From Antedon mediterranea (taxonomy: Eukaryota; Animalia; Echinodermata): a stretch of 64,000 nucleotides of DNA. The stretch spans positions 15,757,045-15,821,044 of the forward strand of contig NC_092680.1 of assembly GCF_964355755.1 (NCBI RefSeq), read 5' to 3'. Within the stretch, counting starts at the first letter, position 1; each line of letters starts with the position of its first letter. The position numbers and the translations under genes were made by a program. Below the pieces are notes generated by a model. It saw only the letters and a list, made by a program, of their open reading frames with translations, was not told the origin of the DNA and did no database searches. This document shows, piece after piece, positions 38,257 through 54,949 of the stretch.

Positions 38257-39589
38257 CAGGGGCGCAGCCAGTGGGGGGGTCACGGGGGTCCTGACCCCCC
38301 CTTTTTTTTAGAAAAAATAAATAAAAACATGAGACAACAATACAGATCAAATCATCCTGGAGATACTGTGGAAGATTACTACCGAGCAGTATTACCAAAT
38401 CAACTTCTTGATCCATTTACAAACCGAGTTAAAAACCCGTTTTTCTGCCGATAACAGGCCATGCTTTAAAATATTTGGCGTAGCACCCGAGTCTATCGTG
38501 AAGTGTAATGTTGAAGAAGTCTTCAAGGAACTTGAATTTGGTACGATGATCTGCCAAGACACGAACATCTTCATTCCGAGCTTCAGTGATGGAAGCGACT
38601 GTGTAAAATTAGCGGATCCAGATGTGTTCCCGAATGTGCGTGCACTTCTTCTAATCGCGTAGGCCTATGCCCGTAACGTCTGCTGAAGCTGAGCGGAGTT
38701 TTTCGACGTTGTGGAGAACGAAAACCTGTTTGCGAAATCACATGTCTTATGAGCAGCTTTCGGGACTGTGCCTCATGAACATACACTTTAACATGAACAT
38801 TAATACAGAGAATGTCATTCGCGAATTCTGTCTCCAAGCCAAGAAGAATGTTCCAAACTTATGTGTTTAAAGATGCATCACGCGATGTCTAGAGCGCCGT
38901 TATAGTAACTAACGTAAAATGTATGATAATAATTTAGAAGTTAGTTATTACAATTATGTATAAGCTATCACCTACTGTATACTATACATTCGAACAAAAT
39001 AGGTATAATTTTTAACAAAATATTGTACGTACTGGGTATGATAAGCGTCTCACATACACACGGAGCCAAGATAGCTTCTTGGACTTGCACAGTGTATGAA
39101 CTCTAAACTTACGGTTCTCATTTAATAATATCACTCCATGCTATCATTCTAATTTCTTTTTTCAAACTTTTGTAACTCTACGTTCATTTCATGCAACTTT
39201 TTTATTGGTGAAAAGGGAGGAATTCAAATAATTCCTCCTCTGAGTTTACAGCCTCTCTACACAAATCAACAAACAAGCAAGAAAAAAAGTGTTTGTCTGT
39301 GGCAGCCTGGAATATAAAAATGTTCTGTAATGAAAATGAGAGTTGTTTTTTGTTTTCTTTGTTTCAGTTTATTAGTGTTAACATTGTCATATTTGTGTGT
39401 GCGTAAACCGATTCAAATGATCTAGATTGCGCTAGACCGCCAAAGCTTCCAGGGGGCTTCGCCCCCTGGACCCCGACCGGGGGCCCTTGGCGGCCCCCTG
39501 GCCCCCAGCCCATGGTTGCTCGCTTCGCTCGCAAAATACTCACATATTTGGTTGACCCCCCCTTTAATTCTTTGTTGGCTGCGCCCCTG
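38257..39589 (+). mobile_element. Internally deleted hAT-superfamily DNA transposon, 14-bp TIRs, 5-bp TSD
   Basis: TIR CAGGGGCGCAGCCA / TGGCTGCGCCCCTG, flanked by CTGTC on both sides. Confidence 0.9.
38357..38870 (+). pseudogene. hAT transposase C-terminal remnant (dimerisation domain), frameshifted
   Basis: EDYYR...HLQTELKTRFS...FPNVRALLLIA* then PVTSAEAERSFSTL..KTCLRNHMSYEQLSGLCLMNIH, the typical hATC motif. Confidence 0.85.
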
Positions 39590-40719
39590 CTGTCGTAGCA
39601 TCATGATCGGTTAAGTTTGGATCATCATCTGCTGTCATGTCAGCCAGTGATGTCATGTCAACTACTATTGGTCGGCAATTTGTTTCCTCATCATTGTCGA
39701 CGTCTTGTAGCTCGTGTTGGTCTAAACATTAAAATGAATGAATATTTTTAGTACTCGTGAGGCCCAACTAATAGGGAAGAATTTTTAAAGCATAGACAAA
39801 CAAATCAGCTTTTTAAAAATAAAAATAAACTTACCTGGATTAATATTTGATGATTTCATAGCAGCCTTAGCTGCTAATCTCTGGGCGATAGCTCTCTGCC
39901 TTATCCAGGCATCTGGTACTCCATTGCTAGGGTCTGTAGGTCCCATGTCTATCCAGTCATAGTCACTTTTCACTCCATACTTATAAAATGCTTCATCCAT
40001 TTCGTCATTTTGTTCCTGGATGATTTTGCAGAGCAAAAACAAATTGGATTAGTGATATGTTATAATATAGATTTCTCATTGTTAACAAAATATAACAGTA
40101 TAGGAAATCGGTGGTTAGGAGGCTTAAATGAAAAGTCATATTGTACCTTTCCTCTGATCTTTCTCTACTGTATCCGTGTAGGCTGTTGCAGTTGGCTGCT
40201 GTGCTTTAGTTTGCTGCTGTGCTTCATTGTTATTAACGGTGGCAAGATTTTCCAGCACTAGCTTGGTCAAAACATCCTCAACAAGACTTGTTGCCAGATT
40301 GTCAAGCTCGACATCCTCATCAGAGGTGGAGGATTCAGTTGACTGTTGTGCTTCAGTTGACTGTTGTGCTTCAGTTGCCTTGTCTATAGATATTATTTTT
40401 GATAATTATTACAATTACTTTGAAAATGTCAAAAATTATAATCAATTATTAGACAATTCTTTTATGATTATGATAACAAAAAATGAATGTTTATTTTTTT
40501 AAATTTAAATAATCGTTATTCATCATCAAATTCTTCATCTAAAAACAAGAAAATGAAATTAAGATATGAGATGAAAAGGAAACAGAAAAAGATGAGCTAT
40601 ATATTTTGTCACTCAACTGCGAAATATAAAAGAGAAGAGAATCTAACCAAGTAAAAAAAACAAAAGATGAAAGATTGATTGGTCTATTTAACGAGGTGGA
40701 CTGAGGTGGGTGTTGGGGG

Positions 40720-42850
40720 AGAGGTTGGCTTTAGGTACACATGCTCCACCTGTGCTTAAACTACTTTTGGATATCTATTATGCTAGTGGTAGGCCTATCA
40801 ATTTGCTAGGAATGATGGTAGTGTATGTTATTACTGTCAGTGTTGTTCTCATCTTGTTCTATGGCTTGACATTTTGCAACTGCAGTGGCTAGGACATCTT
40901 GCACAAATGTATCTGCACGCTGTTTTAGTTGCGCATCCTCATTGTTGGTGCTCTTGGCTGCAAGTTGCGATGTCTGGTAGGTGGACGTATCTGGTTTTAA
41001 TGTCAATCGCAGATCTTTTGCGATTGTTAGTTGTAATGAGTCATTCAGGCCAGGAGCGAGTGAGTTGCCTGTGATAACAGTTTTTTAAATTAATCTTTAA
41101 TTCTACAGAGGTTGGCTTTAGGTAAACATGCTCCACCTTTAAGTGCTTAAACTACTTTTGGATATCTATTATGCTAGTGGTAGGGTAGGCCTATCAATTG
41201 GCTTAGGAATGATGGTAGTGTATGTTCTTACGTCAGTGTTGTTCTCATCTTGCTCTATGGCTTGACATTTTGCAACTGCAGTTGCTAGGACACCTTGAAT
41301 GATGGTAGCTGCACGCTGTTTTAGTTGCACATCCTCATCATTGGTGCTCTTGGCTGCAAGTTGCGATGTCTGGTAGGTGAACGTATCTGGTTTTATGTCG
41401 ATCGCAGATGTTTTGCGCTTGTTAGTATAGTTGTAATGAGTCATTCATGCCAGGAGTGAGTGAGTTGCCTGTGATAAAAGTTTTTCAAATTAAGCTTGAA
41501 TTCTACAGTAATAATATTCCAACAGCACAGCATTATATACTAACACATCTGTGGTGTTCTAAAGAAAATAGTAAATGATAGGCTATTATGCAAGGCTGGC
41601 CTACCTGCAGCGGGTGAAGATAATGATTAATTATTTGAACCTCCATCTATTGGTCTATAGGATTCATCTTCTTCATCTCCTGTTGCTGCTGCTACTACAG
41701 GGGCCGGGGGTCCTGCTGGTGGGACTGCTACAACTAAAACAAAAGATACTACTATTAAACAATGCAGGGCCGTAGTTCTTCATGAGGAAGAAGAGGCGCT
41801 CGCCTCATCTCTGACAATTTCACAACCCAATTTCTTACTGTCAGTGTTGTTCTCATCTTGCTCTATGGCTTGACATTTTGCAACTGCAGTTGGTAGGACA
41901 CCTTGAATGATGGTAGCTGCACGCTGTTTAGTTGCGCATCCTCATTGTTGGTGCTCTTTGGCTGCAAGTTGCGATGTCTGGTACTGTAGGTGGATGTATC
42001 TGGTTTTAATGTCAATCGCAGATGTTTTGCGATTGTTAGTTGTAATGAGTCATTCAGGCCAGCAGGAGTGAGTGAGTTGCCTGTGGTAAAATTTTTAAAA
42101 ATTAATCCTTAATTCTACAGAGGTTGGCTTTAGGTAAACATTCTCCACCTTTGAGTGCTTAAAGTACTTTTGGATGTCTATTATGCTAGTGGTAGGCCTA
42201 TGAATTGGCTTAGGATAAGTAAGTAATATTTATTGCTTTCCAAATACAGTACAAATATATAAAACAGTATAATGTAAATGAAATAAAAAGAGAAACATTA
42301 AATATAAAAATACAAGACTAGACAAGAAAATAAGCATGGAAAGCAGGGGATGGCCCTTTAAGCCCAGAGGCTTGTTTCCAAAGGGGTCCCCAGCCTCCTA
42401 GCCTCTAGTGTAGTAGTAGGCCTAGCTAGACTAGGCCTATAGCTTATCTAGTCTAGCCTAGTAGTAATAGTAGGTCTACTAGGCCTAGCTAGGCTAGTAC
42501 CACGTCCACAGCCAGACCGGCGTACCGGATGATGGTAGTGTATGTTCTTACTGTCAGTGTTGTTCTCATCTTGCTCTATGGCTTAACATTTTGCAACTGC
42601 AGTTGATAAGACGTCCTTGAACGAAGGTAGCTGCACGCTGTTTTAGTTGCGAATCCTCATCATGGGGGCTCTTGACTGCAAGTTGCGATGTCTGGCAGGT
42701 GGACGTTTTTCAAATTAAACTTTAATTCTACAGTAATAATATTCCAACAGCATAGCATATACTAAATGCTACTATTAAATAATGTAGGGCCGTAGTTAGC
42801 ATGAGAAAGAAGAGGCGCTCGCCTGATCATCTCTGAAAACTTCACAACCC
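40720..42850. repeat. Four dispersed-tandem copies of a ~230-400 bp exon+intron segment
   Basis: Copies near 40835-41068, 41232-41468, 41839-42080 and 42552-42706 with shared flanks. 42397-42530 also duplicates ~43198-43343. Confidence 0.85.
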
Positions 42851-42899
42851 ACCCCACTCGTCATATTTATATAATATAATTAAAGCATTGCCTTGTTTT

Positions 42900-43310
42900 T
42901 AACCTCTCACTCAACTAGGCTAGCAAGGGCCCAGCCTAATAATACTAGCCAGGCCTCCTAGAGTTAGGCCTAGGCTAGGCTCTGGGAGGGCTAGGCCTAG
43001 CCCTAGCTTAATTAGGCCTAGCTAGGCTAGTATTACTATAATATGGTCGCGCGCCTCACTCACTAGTAGGAGGCCTCGCTAGTAATACTATTTAATACAA
43101 ATATTAATAATAGCCTAGCCTAGGCTAGTAGGCCCTAGTAACACAGGCTAGCCTACCTAACTAGGCCTACCTAGTAGCTAGTCAGCCTAGCTAGAGGCTC
43201 CTAGCCTCTAGTGTAGTAGTAGGCCTAGCTAGACTAGGCCTATAGCTTATCTAGTCTAGCCTAGTAGTAATAGTAGGTCTACTAGGCCTAGCTAGGCTAG
43301 GCTAGTACCA
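42900..43310. repeat. CTAG/AGGCCT-rich low-complexity tract
   Basis: Dense ctag, taggccta and gctagc words. Confidence 0.8.
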
Positions 43311-45124
43311 GTACGTCCACAGCCAGACCACCGGCGTACCGGATCCAACCCCGACCGACCACCACCGGCGGCTGTTTGCGTCATGCCTCCGCCGCCGCTC
43401 GACGTACGACGTACGTCACGTATCACGATTTTTAAAAGTTTTCTTATGACGTAAATAAGCGCCTAACTTTCCACCAATAGCATTGTGATTTAATACAGGC
43501 CACGCCCAGCAATTCAGTTTTTGCATACGTCACACCGCTTTTTGTGATCTCAAAACACAACAGGAGGTCAACCGAAACCACGCGCGCGCGCTGCGGCTGA
43601 TGTTCTTTTACGCGACAATTGTTTACGCACATACGCAGGTTTGTGACGCGTGCTAGCGTAGAATGATTTTCACAACATGCGCGCACGCGATACTCAGTCA
43701 TCATCTTCTTCCCCACTACAAGTTCAGTAACTATGGTTACATTAACATACATTATTGCAAAGATAATAAAAGGAGAAGATACAACCTATTTATATTCCTT
43801 GATTATTGTAATAATAATGATGCCATTTTCCCATAGGTTTTAATACTTTTAACCATATCTTTTTAAAGTGTAGATACCAAAAAAATGTAAAGAAAACAAC
43901 ATCATTACAAATTAGGGGGGGGGGGGGCAGATCATTATAATAATATATTCTAAATTAGGCATAATGCCTAGTAGATAGGAAACCTATGAATCAACTTGCC
44001 TATTCTTGTTCTATGTAAACATTTGGGAAGGCGGAGTTTAATTCCACAACAAAGAGAAATAGGCATATTTATTATTTCCGAAAACGGTTGTAAAGACTGG
44101 AAAGTCGACCGAAATTTATCGGGCTATTCACCAGCCATCCGGCACAAGGCTGTCAATAGTTGCCATTTGAGGTTTTGTTTCGTGCGTACGTTTACATTTT
44201 TATCCATGGTGATTATGTGACGTCATGCAAAGCGCACCGACAAGTCATACGCATACCCCAAGTGCGCCACAAAGGATTATATTTTTTGATATTGTTGTTT
44301 ACTTGAATTCTTTAACTCAGTGGTCTTTGTGTTATTTGTCGTAATCTCTGTTGTAAACCCCTTTTATGTTCAATTTTCTCGTGTTAATGTTTGTACGAAA
44401 ATGGTGTGTTCTAAGTCTACGCTATAACTTATAAAATCACAGTTCACTGATTTTTATGGTACTATGGCATGGTAAACAGTGACAATTATCTACGTTTTTC
44501 CCTGAAGACTGCCTATAGTGACTTATTTACCACATTTAATATACATTGGAATGAATTTTAGATTTTGATGTAGGCCTAAACACTTCATTCAAACAGAATA
44601 GAAATTTCGGGATTATTCTTTGCTTTCAAATACCATATCTGTCAATTTTGAATACTTTAGTTTCTCCTGTATATTTTGTATTTTACTGAAAGCGGGGGAA
44701 AATTTTTTAATTGATAATTTTCTAGTATTAAAAAATTGATGTATAGAAAAAAAAAATAAAAAAAAAGAGAAATAATAAAGATTTCATACAATAACAACAT
44801 GTGAACTTTTAATTAAACATCACCTAATAGAAGAAAAAGTATGTGATGAGAGCGCCCTCATTCGGTAGCTTTAGAACGTACAATGTGGCTATGTTTCTAT
44901 ATAAAATTACTGTATTAAATCTAAAATACAATAGTGCTATACTAGTTAGGAAAAGTAGCACCTAGTTTGGGCTTGGGGTAACTTAATTACCTACCTATGT
45001 ATTTTGTACAGAATCATATACAAATATATATATTATAGACTATGATGTACTGTAATTTGTATTTGAATTACACTACTCATAAAACCTTAGCAAGAAGCTC
45101 ATAGTTCTTTTTTAGAACACTTAA

Positions 45125-45647
45125 AGATGTATTGTCCCTTGAAACACAAAAAAATGAAAGTCAAGATATTGTAAATTTGAATTGGCCATATCAAAGTAAT
45201 ATTAAAGTTATTCACTTTAAGTCGAAAATTAATTTACGTAATTAACAGGTAAATTAGTTTGATTACATTTTGTCTGGAAAATCGTCACAGCAAAAGTAAA
45301 CAAAGATTTCAAACCACGAGTGTGCATTATGCATGATGCTAATTAGGATTGTTTACAACTCGTCACGGTTGAGAAGGTGTTTTTACACAGATCGCAAGGA
45401 AAGTTTTATGATTATGCATACAGAGTAGCCAAACAAGCGCGTTGCATTATGAGATATGTTTTGATCGAAAACTTTGAAAAGTTATTTTTTGAACAAAAAA
45501 ACGTCTGTATTTCAGTTAAATAATTTTTTTTTCCAACTAATTTTTGGTGAAAGTTAATATCTATTATAATACTTCAAAATTACCCACTTTTTTTTTAAAG
45601 ATTTTTGTAAAATTTTTTTTGGAATTAGTCAAAGGGACAATACATCT
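45125..45647. mobile_element. Non-autonomous DNA transposon with TTAA TSD (Kolobok-like)
   Basis: TTAA|AGATGTATTGTCCC ... GGGACAATACATCT|TTAA. Related solo ends at ~3858, ~9092 and ~23080. Confidence 0.75.
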
Positions 45648-46044
45648 TTAAGGGGTTTTTTTCAGTTAGTACACCCTGCAGTTTAGAACACGTGATTTTA
45701 TTTCCGTACATAAATGGGGACCCCTCACAAAATAAACATGAATATTCATTAATGATATCCATAAGGTGTACGTGTAACGCAAGAATTGAACTACAATTCG
45801 CTAATGCAAATACTTTCCGTTGAGCCGTCTAATGGATTAAATTAGAAAGTCCAAACTTATGTACGAAAACAAAAATCGTTGCTAGCACAGTACCAATACC
45901 ACCCATTGCCCACATTTATTTCTGTTAATTAAAAGCTTTACAAGTTGCTCTAATCACCAAACTGTCTGCTCTGTCAATAAAAGTAATAATGCATGTAGTC
46001 ATTTTACATTAAACCATTTCCTTAACAGAAAACGAGTTTAGTAA

Positions 46045-46543
46045 TAGAGAGGTTTCGCAATCTTACGAATACGATAACGAAAACGTCATGCACACGTATT
46101 TGTTAAACCACGTAAGCAATAAAAAAATCTGTTTCGCACGGCAACGAAATATTGAGGCGCGTCCAAAATATGACTGTGGTAAATTTGAGCGAAGCGCAGG
46201 TACGTGTTGCTTGGTGCTTGGCTGCCTAGGCCTAGCGTAACATCAAAGCGAGTGAGGACTTTAAAAACTGCTATTTATCAAAATTGACCTGGCATTTTAG
46301 TAAATTACTTTAGTAAATTACTTTCAATAAATCTAAAATTATATTATAATTATGAATCATTCCAGATTCAAATGCAAAATAGATCAAAAACTATACTCGT
46401 TTTGTAGTTATGAATATGACTGGTGATATTCGTCAACACGAATACGCTTTACGAATATGAAAAGGGGATCAGCTCAAAAGTTTCACAAATGTATGACGTA
46501 TCCGTTTTCGTTATCGTATTCGTAAGGTTGCGAAACCTCCCTA
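46045..46543. mobile_element. MITE with ~40-bp TIRs and TAA TSD (PIF/Harbinger-like)
   Basis: taa|tagagaggtttcgcaatcttacgaatacgataacgaaaacg ... cgttttcgttatcgtattcgtaaggttgcgaaacctcccta|taa. Confidence 0.85.
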
Positions 46544-46859
46544 TAATCATGGCAGTTTCACTATTCTTTCTTTACATGTATTTATGACTGGTCAGAATGA
46601 TACAGCAGAATCCTACATTTATTTCTTGCTATGTAGTCGAAATTACACCAATAAAAACAAAGAGACAACACAACTCACTGGATAGCCTTTTTTTATTTTC
46701 CGTTTTACATATTATTTCACATTTGGGCACACCTAGAGAGTAACTGCATAACTCTGTGGTTGGTACAAAAACACTTGCGCTTTATGATCTTCAGTATATA
46801 CTTGATGTTTGTTAACCACCGATTGTGCCAGGGCCCTGTTTCTCTGCAGTAAACCTAGC

Positions 46860-49853
<2,994 letters not shown>

Positions 49854-49867
49854 GATTGTAAGGTTGA

Positions 49868-49880
49868 CTCAAAAGGAAGT
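49868..49880 (-). promoter_or_regulatory. TCT/5'TOP polypyrimidine start of RPS17
   Basis: Minus strand cttccttttgag lies ~25 nt upstream of the ATG, typical of ribosomal protein gene starts. Confidence 0.75.
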
Positions 49881-52800
49881 TTAATGGGTTGATGGGAAGG
49901 AAATTCGTCTAAAGTACAGAGGGCGACAAACTATCTATTTGTTTAAACTGTTTCAAGTATTATCCTTAATAATAATATTATTTCCTCCATGATTAAATTG
50001 TGTAAACCTTACTGAGGCATTCTTTAAATTTGATTTTATGTTTCGAAGAATATTCCTTTTTATATGCACGCTGTACAATGTTTCACCCGTATTATTTCGA
50101 TTTTGATTAGTTCTTTGTGCACTTTAGAGAATGACTTATCAGTATTATTTTTGTTTCAAAATAAGTCACTCTACCTAGGCCTAATTGTTTGTTGCAATTG
50201 AAAATCAGCATGAATTTAGCATAATTCTGAATTGTCATGGAAGTTTCTTAATCATACATCATACTTCTAATTATGATCTTAGTTAGGCCTACTGTAGGCC
50301 TACATCAGACAAAACATCAACACTATTTAAAACAGTTCATTGTGAACTAATTAATTATAGTAGGACCATTTAATTAACTATACGATCCGACTATTGTTTG
50401 ATTTGATTTACACTAAAAAGAAGCGCTTGTAATTTATCAGTTATAGAAAATGATATGAACGAACAATTATGGCCTAAATATTGCAGTATGTCTCACTTGC
50501 TTTCATTTAAAACTGTTTACAATGTATAATGTTTGCAACATATGTATTGTCATGTTTCCCCATTTGTTTTCCCACCCATCAAATCGGGCATCAAATGCAT
50601 ATGTTGCCTTGGCAACTAAATATACAAAATAATAGTAGTAGAACCTCTCTTGTGGAACGAATGAGGAGCAATGTATGTTTTAACTATTGAACATTTTGCT
50701 GGGTCCCGATGGTGTCCCCTTACAACTACTTTTTTATTTATAATTATTTATATTATAAATGATTATAAATAATGACGACCGCCCCTATATTATAAATGAT
50801 TATAAATGATGACGACCTCCCCTCCCCAACCTCAAAGCACATAGTTTAGGTCAATTAAACCAACCAAAGACCAATCTAATGTGTTGATTTAAATCAAATC
50901 AAACATTATTTATCTATATATAAATTTACGTAAGGACAAAATTCGGTAAATCGCGCCTTACTTCTAGAATTTTTACTCGATGGTATATAAAGTTGGTTCG
51001 TACTTTCGGTACTGATTTTAACCACCTGATGTAACCCTGTTTACTAATTAAATTAAGTTAGATAATTAGTTATTGACGATTAAAACGAATTTAGGTTCAA
51101 CGATTTGCCCCAAATAGGGGTGTTTTCTGATCGTGGTATACACTGTCTAATGGATGTCCATCTTGAAAAATACCCGCCACAAAAATGCGAGGAGGCTTCG
51201 CATTTTCCTATCTCCTCCTACGATAATTGTTTTTAATAGCTGAAAACCGGTTGAACAGCTAGAGTACAGCATCATAATGTTGAAGACAGGCCGATTGTCT
51301 TAAAAAAATACTATTTTGATAGATTTAATATACGATTATATAAATGTATTGATTTGCGATGAATGGAATATCCCAATCTCTCAGTCTGCCAGAGTTTGGT
51401 TTAACACAAGTAGGTAAATTTATGATCCCTTGGTTTAACACATACGGTAGGTAAATATATGGGCGCGGCCCTTTGAGAATAAACTTGCAATACTGTAAAT
51501 ACCTATTAACTATATTTGGTCCTCATTTGAATCGAGCATTTCTTACTGTGAATGTTCGTACTGTTAGATGTAATATAAAAATATATACAAATAAACTTTA
51601 TTACTGAGACTGTGGATAGGCTCTACTGTTAGATATATAAACACATTACAAATAAACTTTATATTGACAGTTCCTTCTCACAGTTTGTATTAATTAATAA
51701 TTACCACAAATATAAACGTCGTAGTGGTGTATCGTGACCTGTACTTTAATATTTCAATCGATTATGACAGTGACAGTTTTAACAAAGTATTACATCGCAA
51801 ATGTTTTACTGTATTTAGAGGTATATTATTTATAGGCCTATAAAACATGAAAAAAATATTTCGTTACTGAGTGGATAAAGAATATATTTAAAAATTGTTC
51901 CTCTTTGTACCTATCCGCTTTCCCATCCCTCAACCCTAATGTTACATACAAAACACAAATTGGGTTTCTTTAAATGAGTCCAAATCAAAAATTTGGACTC
52001 ATTTTGTGATAAGTTTCTCCTTCGGAAGTAATTCCCAGGGTGCTAATTTTAGTTGACTACATAAATCATCGTGTCTATTATTCGTTTCTGTAAACGACAA
52101 TGTATTATAGTCCCGCGGTACGTACATTTGAAATCGCCAGTTTTGTTACGCTGAAATTACTGTGGGCACGACCTAGATGGTCCGCGAGCATTATATCTTG
52201 CAGAATTTTCTTTTTTTTCAGACAAATATTATAATAAATCATAATGCATATGGACAAAAGCAATTGAAAATGATAACATACTTGATACTAGATATGATCT
52301 GAGAATACTGCAAAATGGGTAACACGCCCCACTCCTCCTCTGAATCACAGCATGGAGTCAGCATACCTCAGCCTTATTGTAAATTTTGTGGAAAAGATAA
52401 CCCACATAAAATACTGGCTACGGACATTTATTTAGGCATGTATAAAAAATGACCACAATCAACCCAAATTACCCATTTTCTCACTTTTCAAACTTAAAAA
52501 ACAACGGAAGCCCTTGAGAGCACGATCAGGATCTCCGTAAAGTGGGTTCTGTGTTTTAATTGTTTTTTATTCATAACAGAGGCATAGATGTCATGAGCCT
52601 ATTCATAAAAACTTATTCATTCACAAAGAAAAAATGGTGTATGTTACAGTTGCAACAACTAAGAGAAAACTAATATTACATCGTTAAATGTGTTATTAAT
52701 TCTTTTTCTACAAACATTGTGCTTTTGAATTCTTATAATAAATTGGCTTCCAACGCGTATTGTGACCTATTATACGCCGATACTCGTTTTATTTTATTTA

Positions 52801-52996
52801 CAAACAAGTTCATGAATACAGTGTTTATTGCAACAAACCATGCGTAAATAATGACATTTGTTTTTCATTCATCTTCTTCATCTACTTATTTTATAATAAT
52901 ATATTACAATCTAAACGTACGGTAGTTATTAAGGCCTGTTTAATATGCGGCACAGCCCAAACAAATTACAATTCGTATAATTATAATTAGAGGCCC

Positions 52997-53278
52997 GTTT
53001 ATACTAGGACGATAACGATCGACGATAAATAGATAGTTAATATACATTTTCTACATAAAAACAAAAGAAGAATATTTCACCTTAGAAGTATAATCAATTT
53101 ATTGTCTTTATAAAAGAGTATTTTCAAAAGTCAAAAAGTGTATGCTCAATAAGAACAATAGCTTTAATATATTGTTTTTATTTATTATGATTTTATTTCT
53201 TTGAACTTAAAATTTATTTTTTTTTTCAGTAGGAAAATGTACTTTTATCGTCTATCGTTAGTATCCGTAGTATAAACG
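52997..53278. mobile_element. Degenerate MITE-like element
   Basis: cgtttatactaggacgataacgatcgacgataaa mirrored by tttatcgtctatcgttagtatccgtagtataaacg. Confidence 0.6.
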
Positions 53279-54949
53279 TTATTACTGTTAGATGTAGTCT
53301 TGTACAACATAATAAATATTATTTAAAAAAATACATTTAACATTATTCCATTTTGATTAATACTTCCCAACATATATACTTATTAGTCACAAAATAAACT
53401 AATGAAGAACACAGGTTTAAATATTGTAATAATCTACAACATTAGGCCTATTGTTTTATAACAACCAAATGCATTGCTATTGCTTCTTGTACGAAGCCTC
53501 CTATTGATTAATATTCTCAGGGAAGAGTTAGGCCTAATTCTTCCCTGATATTCTCGAGGGCAACGGTTCTCGAGTGACTCACATTCGAGTGACAGGATTT
53601 CATTTCTCCTCGCGTGTATCATCACAAGCGAGGCAATTAAAGTAAATATTGTTGGTCCTGTACCAAAAATAAAAATGATATAGTGAATGTTGTTGGGTAT
53701 TTTAGCCTTTAAATCTTACATTCAAAGGGCCTACGTCTATTTTAATACAATATATTTAGTGTTTTTGAAATAGTAATTAAAATTATTTTTTCAAAAACAC
53801 TAAATCTAATGTCTTGCATAGGAAAACATTTTCTTCATAACAATAATAATAATAATAATAACGTACACGGTACAACCATGGACAACATATTATGAAATTT
53901 AACATTATACGTGAACTAACATTACTTATAATATGACATTACGTAATTATATGGCTTAATGAAAAGATCAACACAAACTTTAGGAACCATGAAATTATTC
54001 AATTTCAATAGTAACTTACTTAATATTAACGCTTTTGTTGATGGGGTGAGGGGAGGAGGGCTACCCCAAACATTAAAACAAACTAACAATGTTAATGCAG
54101 TAAAAAGCGTAGTTACTGCAGTAGATGTAGAAGAAAAATTTTAACATGATCCCTTAATTGAGTCAATAACTATCGAGTTCAACTCTTTTCTGACAAAACC
54201 GAATCATGCATTTTTAGTCGCAAGCAACCACAGCAATGGGCGCTTTTTCAGAGTTATAGAAAAAATGTAAAATAGAAAAGTATACGGAGATATATGGCAA
54301 AACTATTATATACAATCATAATGCAAATAATGTAATTATGTCAAAATGTATTATGACAAAATTTAAAAATATTTCTTTAGTTCTCTTAATGTACCGGTAC
54401 ATAACAGATATTGACGATCAACGTACCTTGCAAATGTAGGTTTAACTTATTTACTTTACTTTAAAGTATTATACACCTAAACGATTGTTAATTGCATTAA
54501 TAACAATTATTATTATTTTCATATAGGCCTAAACTATATTCAGATTCAGCCTATACAAGAATAACAAAACATTCATTATTTGCTTTTCTAACAAAGGTTG
54601 TTTATTAATTATGTAGTTTATGGGTAATAGAAATGTAATTATTTAAACCGCATTATTAATGAGCTTTGTGCTTTTACATATCCGATCATGGTATTTTGAG
54701 AACAATTGATTGATTCAAAACATTTGGTTTTGATTTGCACGCTTCCTATTTTTAAGATTAATTAAGATTTCAGATCTTTTGTCGCAAACATTGTAGGCTT
54801 ATAATCCCATGCAGAATTTTAGAGCATTTATAATAATCATACAGTAGACATACTTTTTTAGTAGATAACATTGTTTTTCCAAAAGGAGTCACGCAACTGA
54901 AATACTGAAGTATATAGACACAGTACCGATTATTGGCTACTTATTTATA

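Larger units (their letters stand above)
39590..43384 (-). pseudogene. Unidentified multi-exon gene or pseudogene with duplicated exons
   Basis: Exon-like open segments with AG/GT ends: 43384-43340 (MTQTAAGGGRSGLDP), 41068-40835, 40383-40147, 40015-39835, 39721-39590. Phases do not all join and duplicate exon copies carry indels. No family recognised. Confidence 0.45.
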
